64,000 nt of DNA from Eledone cirrhosa (Eukaryota). The stretch is from the NCBI GenBank assembly GCA_964016885.1, contig OZ024741.1, forward strand, positions 256,060,001 through 256,124,000, written 5' to 3'. How positions within the stretch are numbered: position 1 is the first letter of the stretch; each line of letters begins with the position of its first letter. The notes below the pieces were generated by a model. That model was given only the letters and a program-made list of their open reading frames with translations, was not told where the DNA came from and did not search any database. Below are positions 50,639-63,970 of the stretch, piece by piece. A program made the translations under genes and the position numbers.

Positions 50639-52175
50639 GTTTCGCTTTACGAGTGTTTCGACTTACGAGTGTTTCGACATACGAGTGTTTCGGCTTACGA
50701 GTGTTTTGATTTACGAGTGTTTTGACTTACGGGTGCTTCGACTTACGCGTGTTTTGACTTACGAGTGTTTCGACTTACGAGTGTTTCGACTTACGAGTGT
50801 TTCGGCTTACGAGTGATTTGACTTACGAATGTTTTGACTTACGATTGTTTCGGCTTACGAGTGTTTCGACTTACGAGTGTTCTGATTACGAGTGTTCTGA
50901 CTTACGGGTGTTCTGACTTACGAGTGTTCCGACTTACGAGTGTTTCGGCTTATGAGTGTTTCGACTTACGAGTGCTTCGACTTACGAGTGTTTCGGCTTA
51001 CGGGTGTTTCGGCTTATGAGTGTTTCGGCTTATGAGTGTTTCGACTTACGAGTGTTTTGACTTACGGATGTTTTGACATACGAGTGTTTCGATACGATTG
51101 TTCTGACTTACGAGTGTTTCCGCTTACGAGTGTTTCGGCTTACGAGTGTTTCGACTTACTAATGTTTTTACTTACGAGTGTTTCGGTGTACGAGTGTTTC
51201 GACTTAAGGATGTTTCGACTTACGAGTGTTTCGGCTTATGAGTGTTTCGACTTACGAGTGCTTCGGCTTACGAGTGTTTCGACTTACGAGTATTTCGGCT
51301 TACGAGTGTTTCGACGTACGAATGTTTTGGCTTACGAGTGTTTCGGCTTATGAGTGTTTCGGCTTACGAGTGTTTCGACTTACGAGTGTTTCGGCTTACG
51401 AGTGTTTCAGTGTTTCGGCTTACGTGTGTTTCGACTTACGAGTGTTTCGACTTACGACTGTTTCGGCTTACGAGTGTTTCGGCTTACGAGTGTTTCGGCT
51501 TACGAGTGTTTTGATTTACGATTGTTTGGCTTACGAGTGTTCTGACTTACGGGTGTTATGACTTACGAGTGTTCCGACTTACGAGTGTTTCGGCTTATGA
51601 AGGTTTCGACTTACGAGTGCTTCGGCTTACGAGTGTTTCGACTTACCAGTGTTTCGGCTTACGAGTGTTTCGACTTACGAGTGTTTCGACTTACGAGTGT
51701 TTTGACTTACGGTGTTTCGGCTTACGAGTGTTTCGACATACGAGTGTTTTGACGTACGGGTGTTTCGACTTACGGGTCTTTCGACTTAAGAGTGTTTCGA
51801 CTTACGAGCGCTTCGACTTACGAGTGTTTCGACTTACGAGTGTTTCGGCGTATGAGTGTTTTGACTTACGAGTGTTTCGACTTACGAGTGTTTCGACTTA
51901 CGAGTGTTTCGAATTACGAGTGTTTCGACTTACGAGTGTTCCGACTTACGGGTGTTTTGAGTTAGGAGTGTTTTGGCTTACGGTGTTTCGACTTACGAGT
52001 GTTTCGAGTTAAGAGTGTTTTTACTTACGAGTGTTCTGATTTACGAGTGTTCTGACTTACGAGTGTTCTGACTTACGAGTGTTCTGACTTACGAGTGTTC
52101 TGACTTACGAGTGTTCCGACTTTACGAGTGATTCGGGTCACGAGTGTTTCGGCTTACGAGTGTTTCGACTTACGA

Positions 52176-52244
52176 AAATAACAAATAGACGCGGTTTCAA
52201 ATCTCTATGCTTTTCAAATTCATTACATTAATCTTTATTTATAC
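52176..52244 (+). repeat. AT-rich island copy 19
   Basis: Major allele; upstream GATTCGGGTCACG shared with copies 14 and 21. Confidence 0.97.
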
Positions 52245-52991
52245 GTTTCGCTTTACGAGTGTTTCGACTTACGAGTGTTTCGACATACGAGTCTTTCGAC
52301 TTACGAATGTTTTTGCTTACGGGTGTTTCGACTTACGAATGTTTTTGCTTACGAGTGTTTCGGTTTACGAGTGTTCCGACTTACGAGTGTTCCGACTTAC
52401 GAGTGTCTCGGCTTACGAGTGTTTCCGGCTTACGAGTGTTTCAACTTACGAGTGTTCTGACTTACGAGTGTTCTGATTTACGGATGTTTCGACACACGAG
52501 TGTTTCGAATTACGAGTGTTTCGACTTACGAGTGTTTTGACTTACGGGTGTTTTGACATACGAGTGTTTCGATACGAGTGTTTCGACTTACGAGTGTTCT
52601 GACTTACGAGTGTTCTGACTTACGAGTGTTCTTACTTACGAGTGTTCCGACTTACGAGTGTTCCGACTTACGAGTGTTTCGGCATACGAGTGTTTCGGCT
52701 TACGAGTGTTTCGACTTACGAATGTTTCGACTTACGAGTGTTCCGACTTACGGGTGTTTCGACTTACGAGTGTTTTGGCTTACGGTGTTTCGGCTTACGA
52801 GTGTTTCGAGTTACGAGTGTTTTGACTTACACGTGTTTTGACATACGAGTGTTTCGATACGAGTGTTCTGACTTACGAGTGTTCTGACTTACGAGTGTTC
52901 TGACTTACGAGTGTTCTGACTTACGAGTGTTCCGACTTTACGAGTGTTTCGGCTCACGAGTGTTTCGGCTTACGAGTGTTTCGACTTACGA

Positions 52992-53060
52992 AAATAACAA
53001 ATAGACGCGGTTTCAAATCTCTATGCTTTTCAAATTCATTACATTAATCTTTATTTATAT
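52992..53060 (+). repeat. AT-rich island copy 20 (variant TTTATATG)
   Basis: C>T at the last base (CpG>TpG), shared with copy 22. Confidence 0.97.
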
Positions 53061-54708
53061 GTTTCGCTTTACGAGTGTTTCGACTTACGAGTGTTTCGAC
53101 ATACGAGTGTTTCGGCTTACGAGTGTTTTGATTTACGAGTGTTTTGACTTACGGGTGCTTCGACTTACGCGTGTTTCGACTTACGAGTGTTTCGACTTAC
53201 GAGTGTTTCGACTTACGAGTGTTTCGGCTTACGAGTGTTTTGACTTACGAAGTTTTGACTTACGATTGTTTCAGCTTACGAGTGTTTCGACTTACGAGTG
53301 TTCTGACTACGAGTGTTCTGATTTACGGGTGTTCTGACTTACGAGTGTTCCGACTTACGAGTGTTTCGGCTTATGAGTGTTTCGACTTACGAGTGCTTCG
53401 ACTTACGAGTGTTTCGGCTTACGGGTGTTTCGACTTACGAATGTTTTTGCTTACGAGTGTTTCGGCTTACGAGTGTTTCGGCTTATGAGTGTTTCGACTT
53501 ACGAGTGTTTTGACTTACGAGTGTTTCGGCTTACGGGTGTTTCGGCTTATGAGTGTTTCGGCTTATGAGTGTTTCGACTTACGAGTGTTTTGACTTACGG
53601 ATGTTTTGACATACGAGTGTTTCGATACGATTGTTCTGACTTACGAGTGTTTCCGCTTACGAGTGTTTCGGCTTACGAGTGTTTCGACTTACTAATGTTT
53701 TTACTTACGAGTGTTTCGGTGTACGAGTGTTTCGACTTAAGGATGTTTCGACTTACGAGTGTTTCGGCTTATGAGTGTTTCGACTTACGAGTGCTTCGGC
53801 TTACGAGTGTTTCGACTTACGAGTATTTCGGCTTACGAGTGTTTCGACGTACGAATGTTTTGGCTTACGAGTGTTTCGGCTTATGAGTGTTTCGGCTTAC
53901 GAGTGTTTCGACTTACGAGTGTTTCGGCTTACGAGTGTTTCAGTGTTTCGGCTTACGTGTGTTTCGACTTACGAGTGTTTCGACTTACGACTGTTTCGGC
54001 TTACGAGTGTTTCGGCTTACGAGTGTTTCGGCTTACGAGTGTTTTGATTTACGATTGTTTGGCTTACGAGTGTTCTGACTTACGGGTGTTATGACTTACG
54101 AGTGTTCCGACTTACGAGTGTTTCGGCTTATGAAGGTTTCGACTTACGAGTGCTTCGGCTTACGAGTGTTTCGACTTACCAGTGTTTCGGCTTACGAGTG
54201 TTTCGACTTACGAGTGTTTCGACTTACGAGTGTTTTGACTTACGGTGTTTCGGCTTACGAGTGTTTCGACATACGAGTGTTTTGACGTACGGGTGTTTCG
54301 ACTTACGGGTCTTTCGACTTAAGAGTGTTTCGACTTACGAGCGCTTCGACTTACGAGTGTTTCGACTTACGAGTGTTTCGGCGTATGAGTGTTTTGACTT
54401 ACGAGTGTTTCGACTTACGAGTGTTTCGACTTACGAGTGTTTCGAATTACGAGTGTTTCGACTTACGAGTGTTCCGACTTACGGGTGTTTTGAGTTAGGA
54501 GTGTTTTGGCTTACGGTGTTTCGACTTACGAGTGTTTCAAGTTAAGAGTGTTTTTACTTACGAGTGTTCTGATTTACGAGTGTTCTGACTTACGAGTGTT
54601 CTGACTTACGAGTGTTCTGACTTACGAGTGTTCTGACTTACGAGTGTTCCGACTTTACGAGTGATTCGGGTCACGAGTGTTTCGGCTTACGAGTGTTTCG
54701 ACTTACGA

Positions 54709-54777
54709 AAATAACAAATAGACGCGGTTTCAAATCTCTATGCTTTTCAAATTCATTACATTAATCTTTATTTATAC
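54709..54777 (+). repeat. AT-rich island copy 21
   Basis: Major allele; equals copy 19 + 2533. Confidence 0.97.
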
Positions 54778-55524
54778 GTTTCGCTTTACGAGTGTTTCGA
54801 CTTACGAGTGTTTCGACATACGAGTCTTTCGACTTACGAATGTTTTTGCTTACGGGTGTTTCGACTTACGAATGTTTTTGCTTACGAGTGTTTCGGTTTA
54901 CGAGTGTTCCGACTTACGAGTGTTCCGACTTACGAGTGTCTCGGCTTACGAGTGTTTCCGGCTTACGAGTGTTTCAACTTACGAGTGTTCTGACTTACGA
55001 GTGTTCTGATTTACGGATGTTTCGACACACGAGTGTTTCGAATTACGAGTGTTTCGACTTACGAGTGTTTTGACTTACGGGTGTTTTGACATACGAGTGT
55101 TTCGATACGAGTGTTTCGACTTACGAGTGTTCTGACTTACGAGTGTTCTGACTTACGAGTGTTCTTACTTACGAGTGTTCCGACTTACGAGTGTTCCGAC
55201 TTACGAGTGTTTCGGCATACGAGTGTTTCGGCTTACGAGTGTTTCGACTTACGAATGTTTCGACTTACGAGTGTTCCGACTTACGGGTGTTTCGACTTAC
55301 GAGTGTTTTGGCTTACGGTGTTTCGGCTTACGAGTGTTTCGAGTTACGAGTGTTTTGACTTACACGTGTTTTGACATACGAGTGTTTCGATACGAGTGTT
55401 CTGACTTACGAGTGTTCTGACTTACGAGTGTTCTGACTTACGAGTGTTCTGACTTACGAGTGTTCCGACTTTACGAGTGTTTCGGCTCACGAGTGTTTCG
55501 GCTTACGAGTGTTTCGACTTACGA

Positions 55525-55593
55525 AAATAACAAATAGACGCGGTTTCAAATCTCTATGCTTTTCAAATTCATTACATTAATCTTTATTTATAT
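55525..55593 (+). repeat. AT-rich island copy 22 (variant TTTATATG)
   Basis: Equals copy 20 + 2533. Confidence 0.97.
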
Positions 55594-57401
55594 GTTTCGC
55601 TTTACGAGTGTTTCGACTTACGAGTGTTTCGACATACGAGTGTTTCGGCTTACGAGTGTTTTGATTTACGAGTGTTTTGACTTACGGGTGCTTCGACTTA
55701 CGCGTGTTTCGACTTACGAGTGTTTCGACTTACGAGTGTTTCGACTTACGAGTGTTTCGGCTTACGAGTGTTTTGACTTACGAAGTTTTGACTTACGATT
55801 GTTTCAGCTTACGAGTGTTTCGACTTACGAGTGTTCTGACTACGAGTGTTCTGATTTACGGGTGTTCTGACTTACGAGTGTTCCGACTTACGAGTGTTTC
55901 GGCTTATGAGTGTTTCGACTTACGAGTGCTTCGACTTACGAGTGTTTCGGCTTACGGGTGTTTCGACTTACGAATGTTTTTGCTTACGAGTGTTTCGGCT
56001 TACGAGTGTTTCGGCTTATGAGTGTTTCGACTTACGAGTGTTTTGACTTACGGGTGTTTTGACATACGAGTGTTTCGATACGATTGTTCTGACTTACGAG
56101 TGTTTCCGGTTACGAGTGTTTCGGCTTACGAGTATTTCGACTTACTAATGTTTTTACTTACGAGTGTTTCGGTGTACGAGTGTTTCGACTTAAGGATGTT
56201 TCGACTTACGAGTGTTTCGACTTACGAGTGTTTCGACTTACGAGTGTTTTGGCTTACGAATGTTTTGACTTACGGGTGTTTCGACTTACGAGTGTTTCGG
56301 CTTATGAGTGTTTCGACTTACGGGCGTTTCGACTTACGGGTGTTTCGACTTACGAGTGTTTTGGCTTACGAATGTTTTGACTTACGGGTGTTTCGACTTA
56401 CGAGTGTTTCGACTTATGAGTGTTTCGACTTACGAGTGTTTCGGCTTATGAGTGTTTCGACTTACGAGTGCTTCGGCTTACGAGTGTTTCGACTTACGAG
56501 TATTTCGGCTTAACAGTGTTTCGACGTACGAATGTTTTGGCTTACGAGTGTTTCGGCTTATGAGTGTTTCGGCTTACGAGTGTTTCGGCTTACGAGTGTT
56601 TCAGTGTTTCGGCTTACGTGTGTTTCGACTTACGAGTGTTTCGACTTACGACTGTTTCGGCTTACGAGTGTTTCGGCTTACGAGTGTTTCGGCTTACGAG
56701 TGTTTTGACTTACGATTGTTTGGCTTACGAGTGTTCTGACTTACGGGTGTTCTGACTTACGGGTGTTCCGACTTACGAGTGTTTCGGCTTATGAGGGTTT
56801 CGACTTACGAGTGTTTCGACTTACGAGTGTTTCGGCTTACGAGTGTTTCGACTTACGAGTGTTCTGACTTACGACTGTTTCGGCTTACGAGTGTTTCGGC
56901 TTACGAGTGTTTCGGCTTACGAGTGTTTTGACTTACGATTGTTTGGCTTACGAGTGTTCTGACTTACGGGTGTTCTGACTTACGGGTGTTCCGACTTACG
57001 AGTGTTACGGCTTATGAGGGTTTCGACTTACGAGTGTTTCGACTTACGAGTGTTTCGGCTTACGAGTGTTTCGACTTACGAGTGTTCTGACTTACGAGTG
57101 TTCTGACTTACGAGTGTTCTTACTTACGAGTGTTCCGACTTACGAGTGTTCCGACTTACGAGTGTTTCGGCTTACGAGTGTTTCGGCTTACGAGTGTTTC
57201 GACTTACGAATGTTTCGACTTACGAGTGTTCCGACTTACGGGTGTTTCGACTTACGAGTGTTTTGGCTTACGGTGTTTCGGCTTACGAGTGTTTCGAGTT
57301 ACGAGTGTTTTGACTTACACGTGTTTTGACATACGAGTGTTTCGACTTTACGAGTGTTTCGGCTCACGATTGTTTCGACTTACGAGTGTTTCGACTTACG
57401 A

Positions 57402-57470
57402 AAATAACAAATAGACGCGGTTTCAAATCTCTATGCTTTTCAAATTCATTACATTAATCTTTATTTATAC
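57402..57470 (+). repeat. AT-rich island copy 23
   Basis: Major allele; shortened upstream cassette; equals copy 17 + 8454. Confidence 0.97.
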
Positions 57471-59023
57471 GTTTCGCTTTACGAGTGTTTCGACTTACGA
57501 GTGTTTCGACATACGAGTGTTTCGGCTTACGAGTGTTTTGATTTACGAGTGTTTTGACTTACGGGTGCTTCGACTTACGCGTGTTTTGACTTACGAGTGT
57601 TTCGACTTACGAGTGTTTCGACTTACGAGTGTTTCGGCTTACGAGTGTTTTGACTTACGAATGTTTTGACTTACGATTGTTTCGGCTTACGGGTGTTTCG
57701 ACTTACGAATGTTTTTGCTTACGAGTGTTTCGGCTTACGAGTGTTTCGGCTTATGAGTGTTTCGAATTACGAGTGTTTTGACTTACGGGTGTTTTGACAT
57801 ACGAGTGTTTCGATACGATTGTTCTGACTTACGAGTGTTTCCGCTTACGAGTGTTTCGGCTTACGAGTGTTTCGACTTACTAATGTTTTTACTTACGAGT
57901 GTTTCGGTGTACGAGTGTTTCGACTTAAGGATGTTTCGACTTACGAGTGTTTCGACTTACGAGTGTTTCGACTTACGAGTGTTTCGACTTACGAGTGTTT
58001 TGGCTTACGAATGTTTTGACTTACGGGTGTTTCGACTTACGAGTGTTTCGGCTTATGAGTGTTTCGACTTACGGGCGTTTCGACTTACGAGTGTTTCGAC
58101 TTACGAGTGTTTTGGCTTACGAATGTTTTGACTTACGGGTGTTTCGACTTACGAGTGTTTCGACTTATGAGTGTTTCGACTTACGAGTGTTTCGGCTTAT
58201 GAGTGTTTCGACTTACGAGTGCTTCGGCTTACGAGTGTTTCGACTTACGAGTATTTCGGCTTACGAGTGTTTCGACGTACGAATGTTTTGGGTTACGAGT
58301 GTTTCGGCTTATGAGTGTTTCGGCTTACGAGTGTTTCGACTTACGAGTGTTTCGGCTTACGAGTGTTTCAGTGTTTCGGCTTACGTGTGTTTCGACTTAC
58401 GAGTGTTTCGACTTACGACTGTTTCGGCTTACGAGTGTTTCGGCTTACGAGTGTTTCGGCTTACGAGTGTTTTGACTTACGATTGTTTGGCTTACGAGTG
58501 TTCTGACTTACGGGTGTTCTGACTTACGGGTGTTCCGACTTACGAGTGTTTCGGCTTATGAGGGTTTCGACTTACGAGTGTTTCGACTTACGAGTGTTTC
58601 GGCTTACGAGTGTTTCGACTTACGAGTGTTCTGACTTACGAGTGTTCTGACTTACGAGTGTTCTTACTTACGAGTGTTCCGACTTACGAGTGTTCCGACT
58701 TACGAGTGTTTCGGCTTACGAGTGTTTCGGCTTACGAGTGTTTCGACTTACGAATGTTTCGACTTACGAGTGTTCCGACTTACGGGTGTTTCGACTTACG
58801 AGTGTTTTGGCTTACGGTGTTTCGGCTTACGAGTGTTTCGAGTTACGAGTGTTTTGACTTACACGTGTTTTGACATACGAGTGTTTCGATACGAGTGTTC
58901 TGACTTACGAGTGTTCTGACTTACGAGTGTTCTGACTTACGAGTGTTCTGACTTACGAGTGTTCCGACTTTACGAGTGTTTCGGCTCACGAGTGTTTCGA
59001 CTTACGAGTGTTTCGACTTACGA

Positions 59024-59092
59024 AAATAACAAATAGACGCGGTTTCAAATCTCTATGCTTTTCAAATTCATTACATTAATCTTTATTTATAC
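59024..59092 (+). repeat. AT-rich island copy 24
   Basis: Major allele; equals copy 18 + 8454. Confidence 0.97.
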
Positions 59093-60470
59093 GTTTCGCT
59101 TTACGAGTGTTTCGACTTACGAGTGTTTCGACATACGAGTGTTTCGGCTTACGAGTGTTTTGATTTACGAGTGTTTTGACTTACGGGTGCTTCGACTTAC
59201 GCGTGTTTTGACTTACGAGTGTTTCGACTTACGAGTGTTTCGACTTACGAGTGTTTCGGCTTACGAGTGATTTGACTTACGAATGTTTTGACTTACGATT
59301 GTTTCGGCTTACGAGTGTTTCGACTTACGAGTGTTCTGATTACGAGTGTTCTGACTTACGGGTGTTCTGACTTACGAGTGTTCCGACTTACGAGTGTTTC
59401 GGCTTATGAGTGTTTCGACTTACGAGTGCTTCGACTTACGAGTGTTTCGGCTTACGGGTGTTTCGGCTTATGAGTGTTTCGGCTTATGAGTGTTTCGACT
59501 TACGAGTGTTTTGACTTACGGGCGTTTCGACTTACGAGTGTTTCGACTTACGAGTGTTTTGGCTTACGAATGTTTTGACTTACGGGTGTTTCGACTTACG
59601 AGTGTTTCGACTTATGAGTGTTTCGACTTACGAGTGTTTCGGCTTATGAGTGTTTCGACTTACGAGTGCTTCGGCTTACGAGTGTTTCGACTTACGAGTA
59701 TTTCGGCTTACGAGTGTTTCGACGTACGAATGTTTTGGGTTACGAGTGTTTCGGCTTATGAGTGTTTCGGCTTACGAGTGTTTCGACTTACGAGTGTTTC
59801 GGCTTACGAGTGTTTCAGTGTTTCGGCTTACGTGTGTTTCGACTTACGAGTGTTTCGACTTACGACTGTTTCGGCTTACGAGTGTTTCGGCTTACGAGTG
59901 TTTCGGCTTACGAGTGTTTTGACTTACGATTGTTTGGCTTACGAGTGTTCTGACTTACGGGTGTTCTGACTTACGGGTGTTCCGACTTACGAGTGTTTCG
60001 GCTTATGAGGGTTTCGACTTACGAGTGTTTCGACTTACGAGTGTTTCGGCTTACGAGTGTTTCGACTTACGAGTGTTCTGACTTACGAGTGTTCTGACTT
60101 ACGAGTGTTCTTACTTACGAGTGTTCCGACTTACGAGTGTTCCGACTTACGAGTGTTTCGGCTTACGAGTGTTTCGGCTTACGAGTGTTTCGACTTACGA
60201 ATGTTTCGACTTACGAGTGTTCCGACTTACGGGTGTTTCGACTTACGAGTGTTTTGGCTTACGGTGTTTCGGCTTACGAGTGTTTCGAGTTACGAGTGTT
60301 TTGACTTACACGTGTTTTGACATACGAGTGTTTCGATACGAGTGTTCTGACTTACGAGTGTTCTGACTTACGAGTGTTCTGACTTACGAGTGTTCTGACT
60401 TACGAGTGTTCCGACTTTACGAGTGTTTCGGCTCACGAGTGTTTCGACTTACGAGTGTTTCGACTTACGA

Positions 60471-60539
60471 AAATAACAAATAGACGCGGTTTCAAATCTC
60501 TATGCTTTTCAAATTCATTACATTAATCTTTATTTATAC
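60471..60539 (+). repeat. AT-rich island copy 25
   Basis: Major allele; equals copy 24 + 1447. Confidence 0.97.
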
Positions 60540-62348
60540 GTTTCGCTTTACGAGTGTTTCGACTTACGAGTGTTTCGACATACGAGTGTTTCGGCTTACG
60601 AGTGTTTTGATTTACGAGTGTTTTGACTTACGGGTGCTTCGACTTACGCGTGTTTTGACTTACGAGTGTTTCGACTTACGAGTGTTTCGACTTACGAGTG
60701 TTTCGGCTTACGAGTGATTTGACTTACGAATGTTTTGACTTACGATTGTTTCGGCTTACGAGTGTTTCGACTTACGAGTGTTCTGATTACGAGTGTTCTG
60801 ACTTACGGGTGTTCTGACTTACGAGTGTTCCGACTTACGAGTGTTTCGGCTTATGAGTGTTTCGACTTACGAGTGCTTCGACTTACGAGTGTTTCGGCTT
60901 ACGGGTGTTTCGACTTACGAATGTTTTTGCTTACGAGTGTTTCGGCTTACGAGTGTTTCGGCTTATGAGTGTTTCGACTTACGAGTGTTTTGACTTACGG
61001 GTGTTTTGACATACGAGTGTTTCGATACGATTGTTCTGACTTACGAGTGTTTCCGGTTACGAGTGTTTCGGCTTACGAGTATTTCGACTTACTAATGTTT
61101 TTACTTACGAGTGTTTCGGTGTACGAGTGTTTCGACTTAAGGATGTTTCGACTTACGAGTGTTTCGACTTACGAGTGTTTCGACTTACGAGTGTTTTGGC
61201 TTACGAATGTTTTGACTTACGGGTGTTTCGACTTACGAGTGTTTCGGCTTATGAGTGTTTCGACTTACGGGCGTTTCGACTTACGGGTGTTTCGACTTAC
61301 GAGTGTTTTGGCTTACGAATGTTTTGACTTACGGGTGTTTCGACTTACGAGTGTTTCGACTTATGAGTGTTTCGACTTACGAGTGTTTCGGCTTATGAGT
61401 GTTTCGACTTACGAGTGCTTCGGCTTACGAGTGTTTCGACTTACGAGTATTTCGGCTTAACAGTGTTTCGACGTACGAATGTTTTGGCTTACGAGTGTTT
61501 CGGCTTATGAGTGTTTCGGCTTACGAGTGTTTCGGCTTACGAGTGTTTCAGTGTTTCGGCTTACGTGTGTTTCGACTTACGAGTGTTTCGACTTACGACT
61601 GTTTCGGCTTACGAGTGTTTCGGCTTACGAGTGTTTCGGCTTACGAGTGTTTTGACTTACGATTGTTTGGCTTACGAGTGTTCTGACTTACGGGTGTTCT
61701 GACTTACGGGTGTTCCGACTTACGAGTGTTTCGGCTTATGAGGGTTTCGACTTACGAGTGTTTCGACTTACGAGTGTTTCGGCTTACGAGTGTTTCGACT
61801 TACGAGTGTTCTGACTTACGACTGTTTCGGCTTACGAGTGTTTCGGCTTACGAGTGTTTCGGCTTACGAGTGTTTTGACTTACGATTGTTTGGCTTACGA
61901 GTGTTCTGACTTACGGGTGTTCTGACTTACGGGTGTTCCGACTTACGAGTGTTACGGCTTATGAGGGTTTCGACTTACGAGTGTTTCGACTTACGAGTGT
62001 TTCGGCTTACGAGTGTTTCGACTTACGAGTGTTCTGACTTACGAGTGTTCTGACTTACGAGTGTTCTTACTTACGAGTGTTCCGACTTACGAGTGTTCCG
62101 ACTTACGAGTGTTTCGGCTTACGAGTGTTTCGGCTTACGAGTGTTTCGACTTACGAATGTTTCGACTTACGAGTGTTCCGACTTACGGGTGTTTCGACTT
62201 ACGAGTGTTTTGGCTTACGGTGTTTCGGCTTACGAGTGTTTCGAGTTACGAGTGTTTTGACTTACACGTGTTTTGACATACGAGTGTTTCGACTTTACGA
62301 GTGTTTCGGCTCACGATTGTTTCGACTTACGAGTGTTTCGACTTACGA

Positions 62349-62417
62349 AAATAACAAATAGACGCGGTTTCAAATCTCTATGCTTTTCAAATTCATTACA
62401 TTAATCTTTATTTATAC
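62349..62417 (+). repeat. AT-rich island copy 26
   Basis: Major allele; shortened upstream cassette; equals copy 23 + 4947. Confidence 0.97.
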
Positions 62418-63970
62418 GTTTCGCTTTACGAGTGTTTCGTCTTACGAGTGTTTCGACATACGAGTGTTTCGGCTTACGAGTGTTTTGATTTACGAGTGTT
62501 TTGACTTACGGGTGCTTCGACTTACGCGTGTTTTGACTTACGAGTGTTTCGACTTACGAGTGTTTCGACTTACGAGTGTTTCGGCTTACGAGTGTTTTGA
62601 CTTACGAATGTTTTGACTTACGATTGTTTCGGCTTACGGGTGTTTCGACTTACGAATGTTTTTGCTTACGAGTGTTTCGGCTTACGAGTGTTTCGGCTTA
62701 TGAGTGTTTCGAATTACGAGTGTTTTGACTTACGGGTGTTTTGACATACGAGTGTTTCGATACGATTGTTCTGACTTACGAGTGTTTCCGCTTACGAGTG
62801 TTTCGGCTTACGAGTGTTTCGACTTACTAATGTTTTTACTTACGAGTGTTTCGGTGTACGAGTGTTTCGACTTAAGGATGTTTCGACTTACGAGTGTTTC
62901 GACTTACGAGTGTTTCGACTTACGAGTGTTTCGACTTACGAGTGTTTTGGCTTACGAATGTTTTGACTTACGGGTGTTTCGACTTACGAGTGTTTCGGCT
63001 TATGAGTGTTTCGACTTACGGGCGTTTCGACTTACGAGTGTTTCGACTTACGAGTGTTTTGGCTTACGAATGTTTTGACTTACGGGTGTTTCGACTTACG
63101 AGTGTTTCGACTTATGAGTGTTTCGACTTACGAGTGTTTCGGCTTATGAGTGTTTCGACTTACGAGTGCTTCGGCTTACGAGTGTTTCGACTTACGAGTA
63201 TTTCGGCTTACGAGTGTTTCGACGTACGAATGTTTTGGGTTACGAGTGTTTCGGCTTATGAGTGTTTCGGCTTACGAGTGTTTCGACTTACGAGTGTTTC
63301 GGCTTACGAGTGTTTCAGTGTTTCGGCTTACGTGTGTTTCGACTTACGAGTGTTTCGACTTACGACTGTTTCGGCTTACGAGTGTTTCGGCTTACGAGTG
63401 TTTCGGCTTACGAGTGTTTTGACTTACGATTGTTTGGCTTACGAGTGTTCTGACTTACGGGTGTTCTGACTTACGGGTGTTCCGACTTACGAGTGTTTCG
63501 GCTTATGAGGGTTTCGACTTACGAGTGTTTCGACTTACGAGTGTTTCGGCTTACGAGTGTTTCGACTTACGAGTGTTCTGACTTACGAGTGTTCTGACTT
63601 ACGAGTGTTCTTACTTACGAGTGTTCCGACTTACGAGTGTTCCGACTTACGAGTGTTTCGGCTTACGAGTGTTTCGGCTTACGAGTGTTTCGACTTACGA
63701 ATGTTTCGACTTACGAGTGTTCCGACTTACGGGTGTTTCGACTTACGAGTGTTTTGGCTTACGGTGTTTCGGCTTACGAGTGTTTCGAGTTACGAGTGTT
63801 TTGACTTACACGTGTTTTGACATACGAGTGTTTCGATACGAGTGTTCTGACTTACGAGTGTTCTGACTTACGAGTGTTCTGACTTACGAGTGTTCTGACT
63901 TACGAGTGTTCCGACTTTACGAGTGTTTCGGCTCACGAGTGTTTCGACTTACGAGTGTTTCGACTTACGA

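Larger units (their letters stand above)
50990..56050 (+). repeat. 2533-bp tandem duplication with two islands per unit
   Basis: Offsets 51036/53569, 52207/54740 and 53023/55556; shared TATGAAGG, TTTGAGTTAGGAG and TTTATATG variants. Confidence 0.9.

Noticed and set aside
69-63866. Several hundred + strand ORFs of 60-295 aa
   Set aside because: They are translations of the 16-bp repeat (48 nt = 16 aa, the same peptide in all frames). Most start at GTG/TTG, they overlap in all frames, end at random TGA variants and are broken by 14/15/17-bp monomers. The lack of minus-strand ORFs follows from TAA in each reverse monomer.
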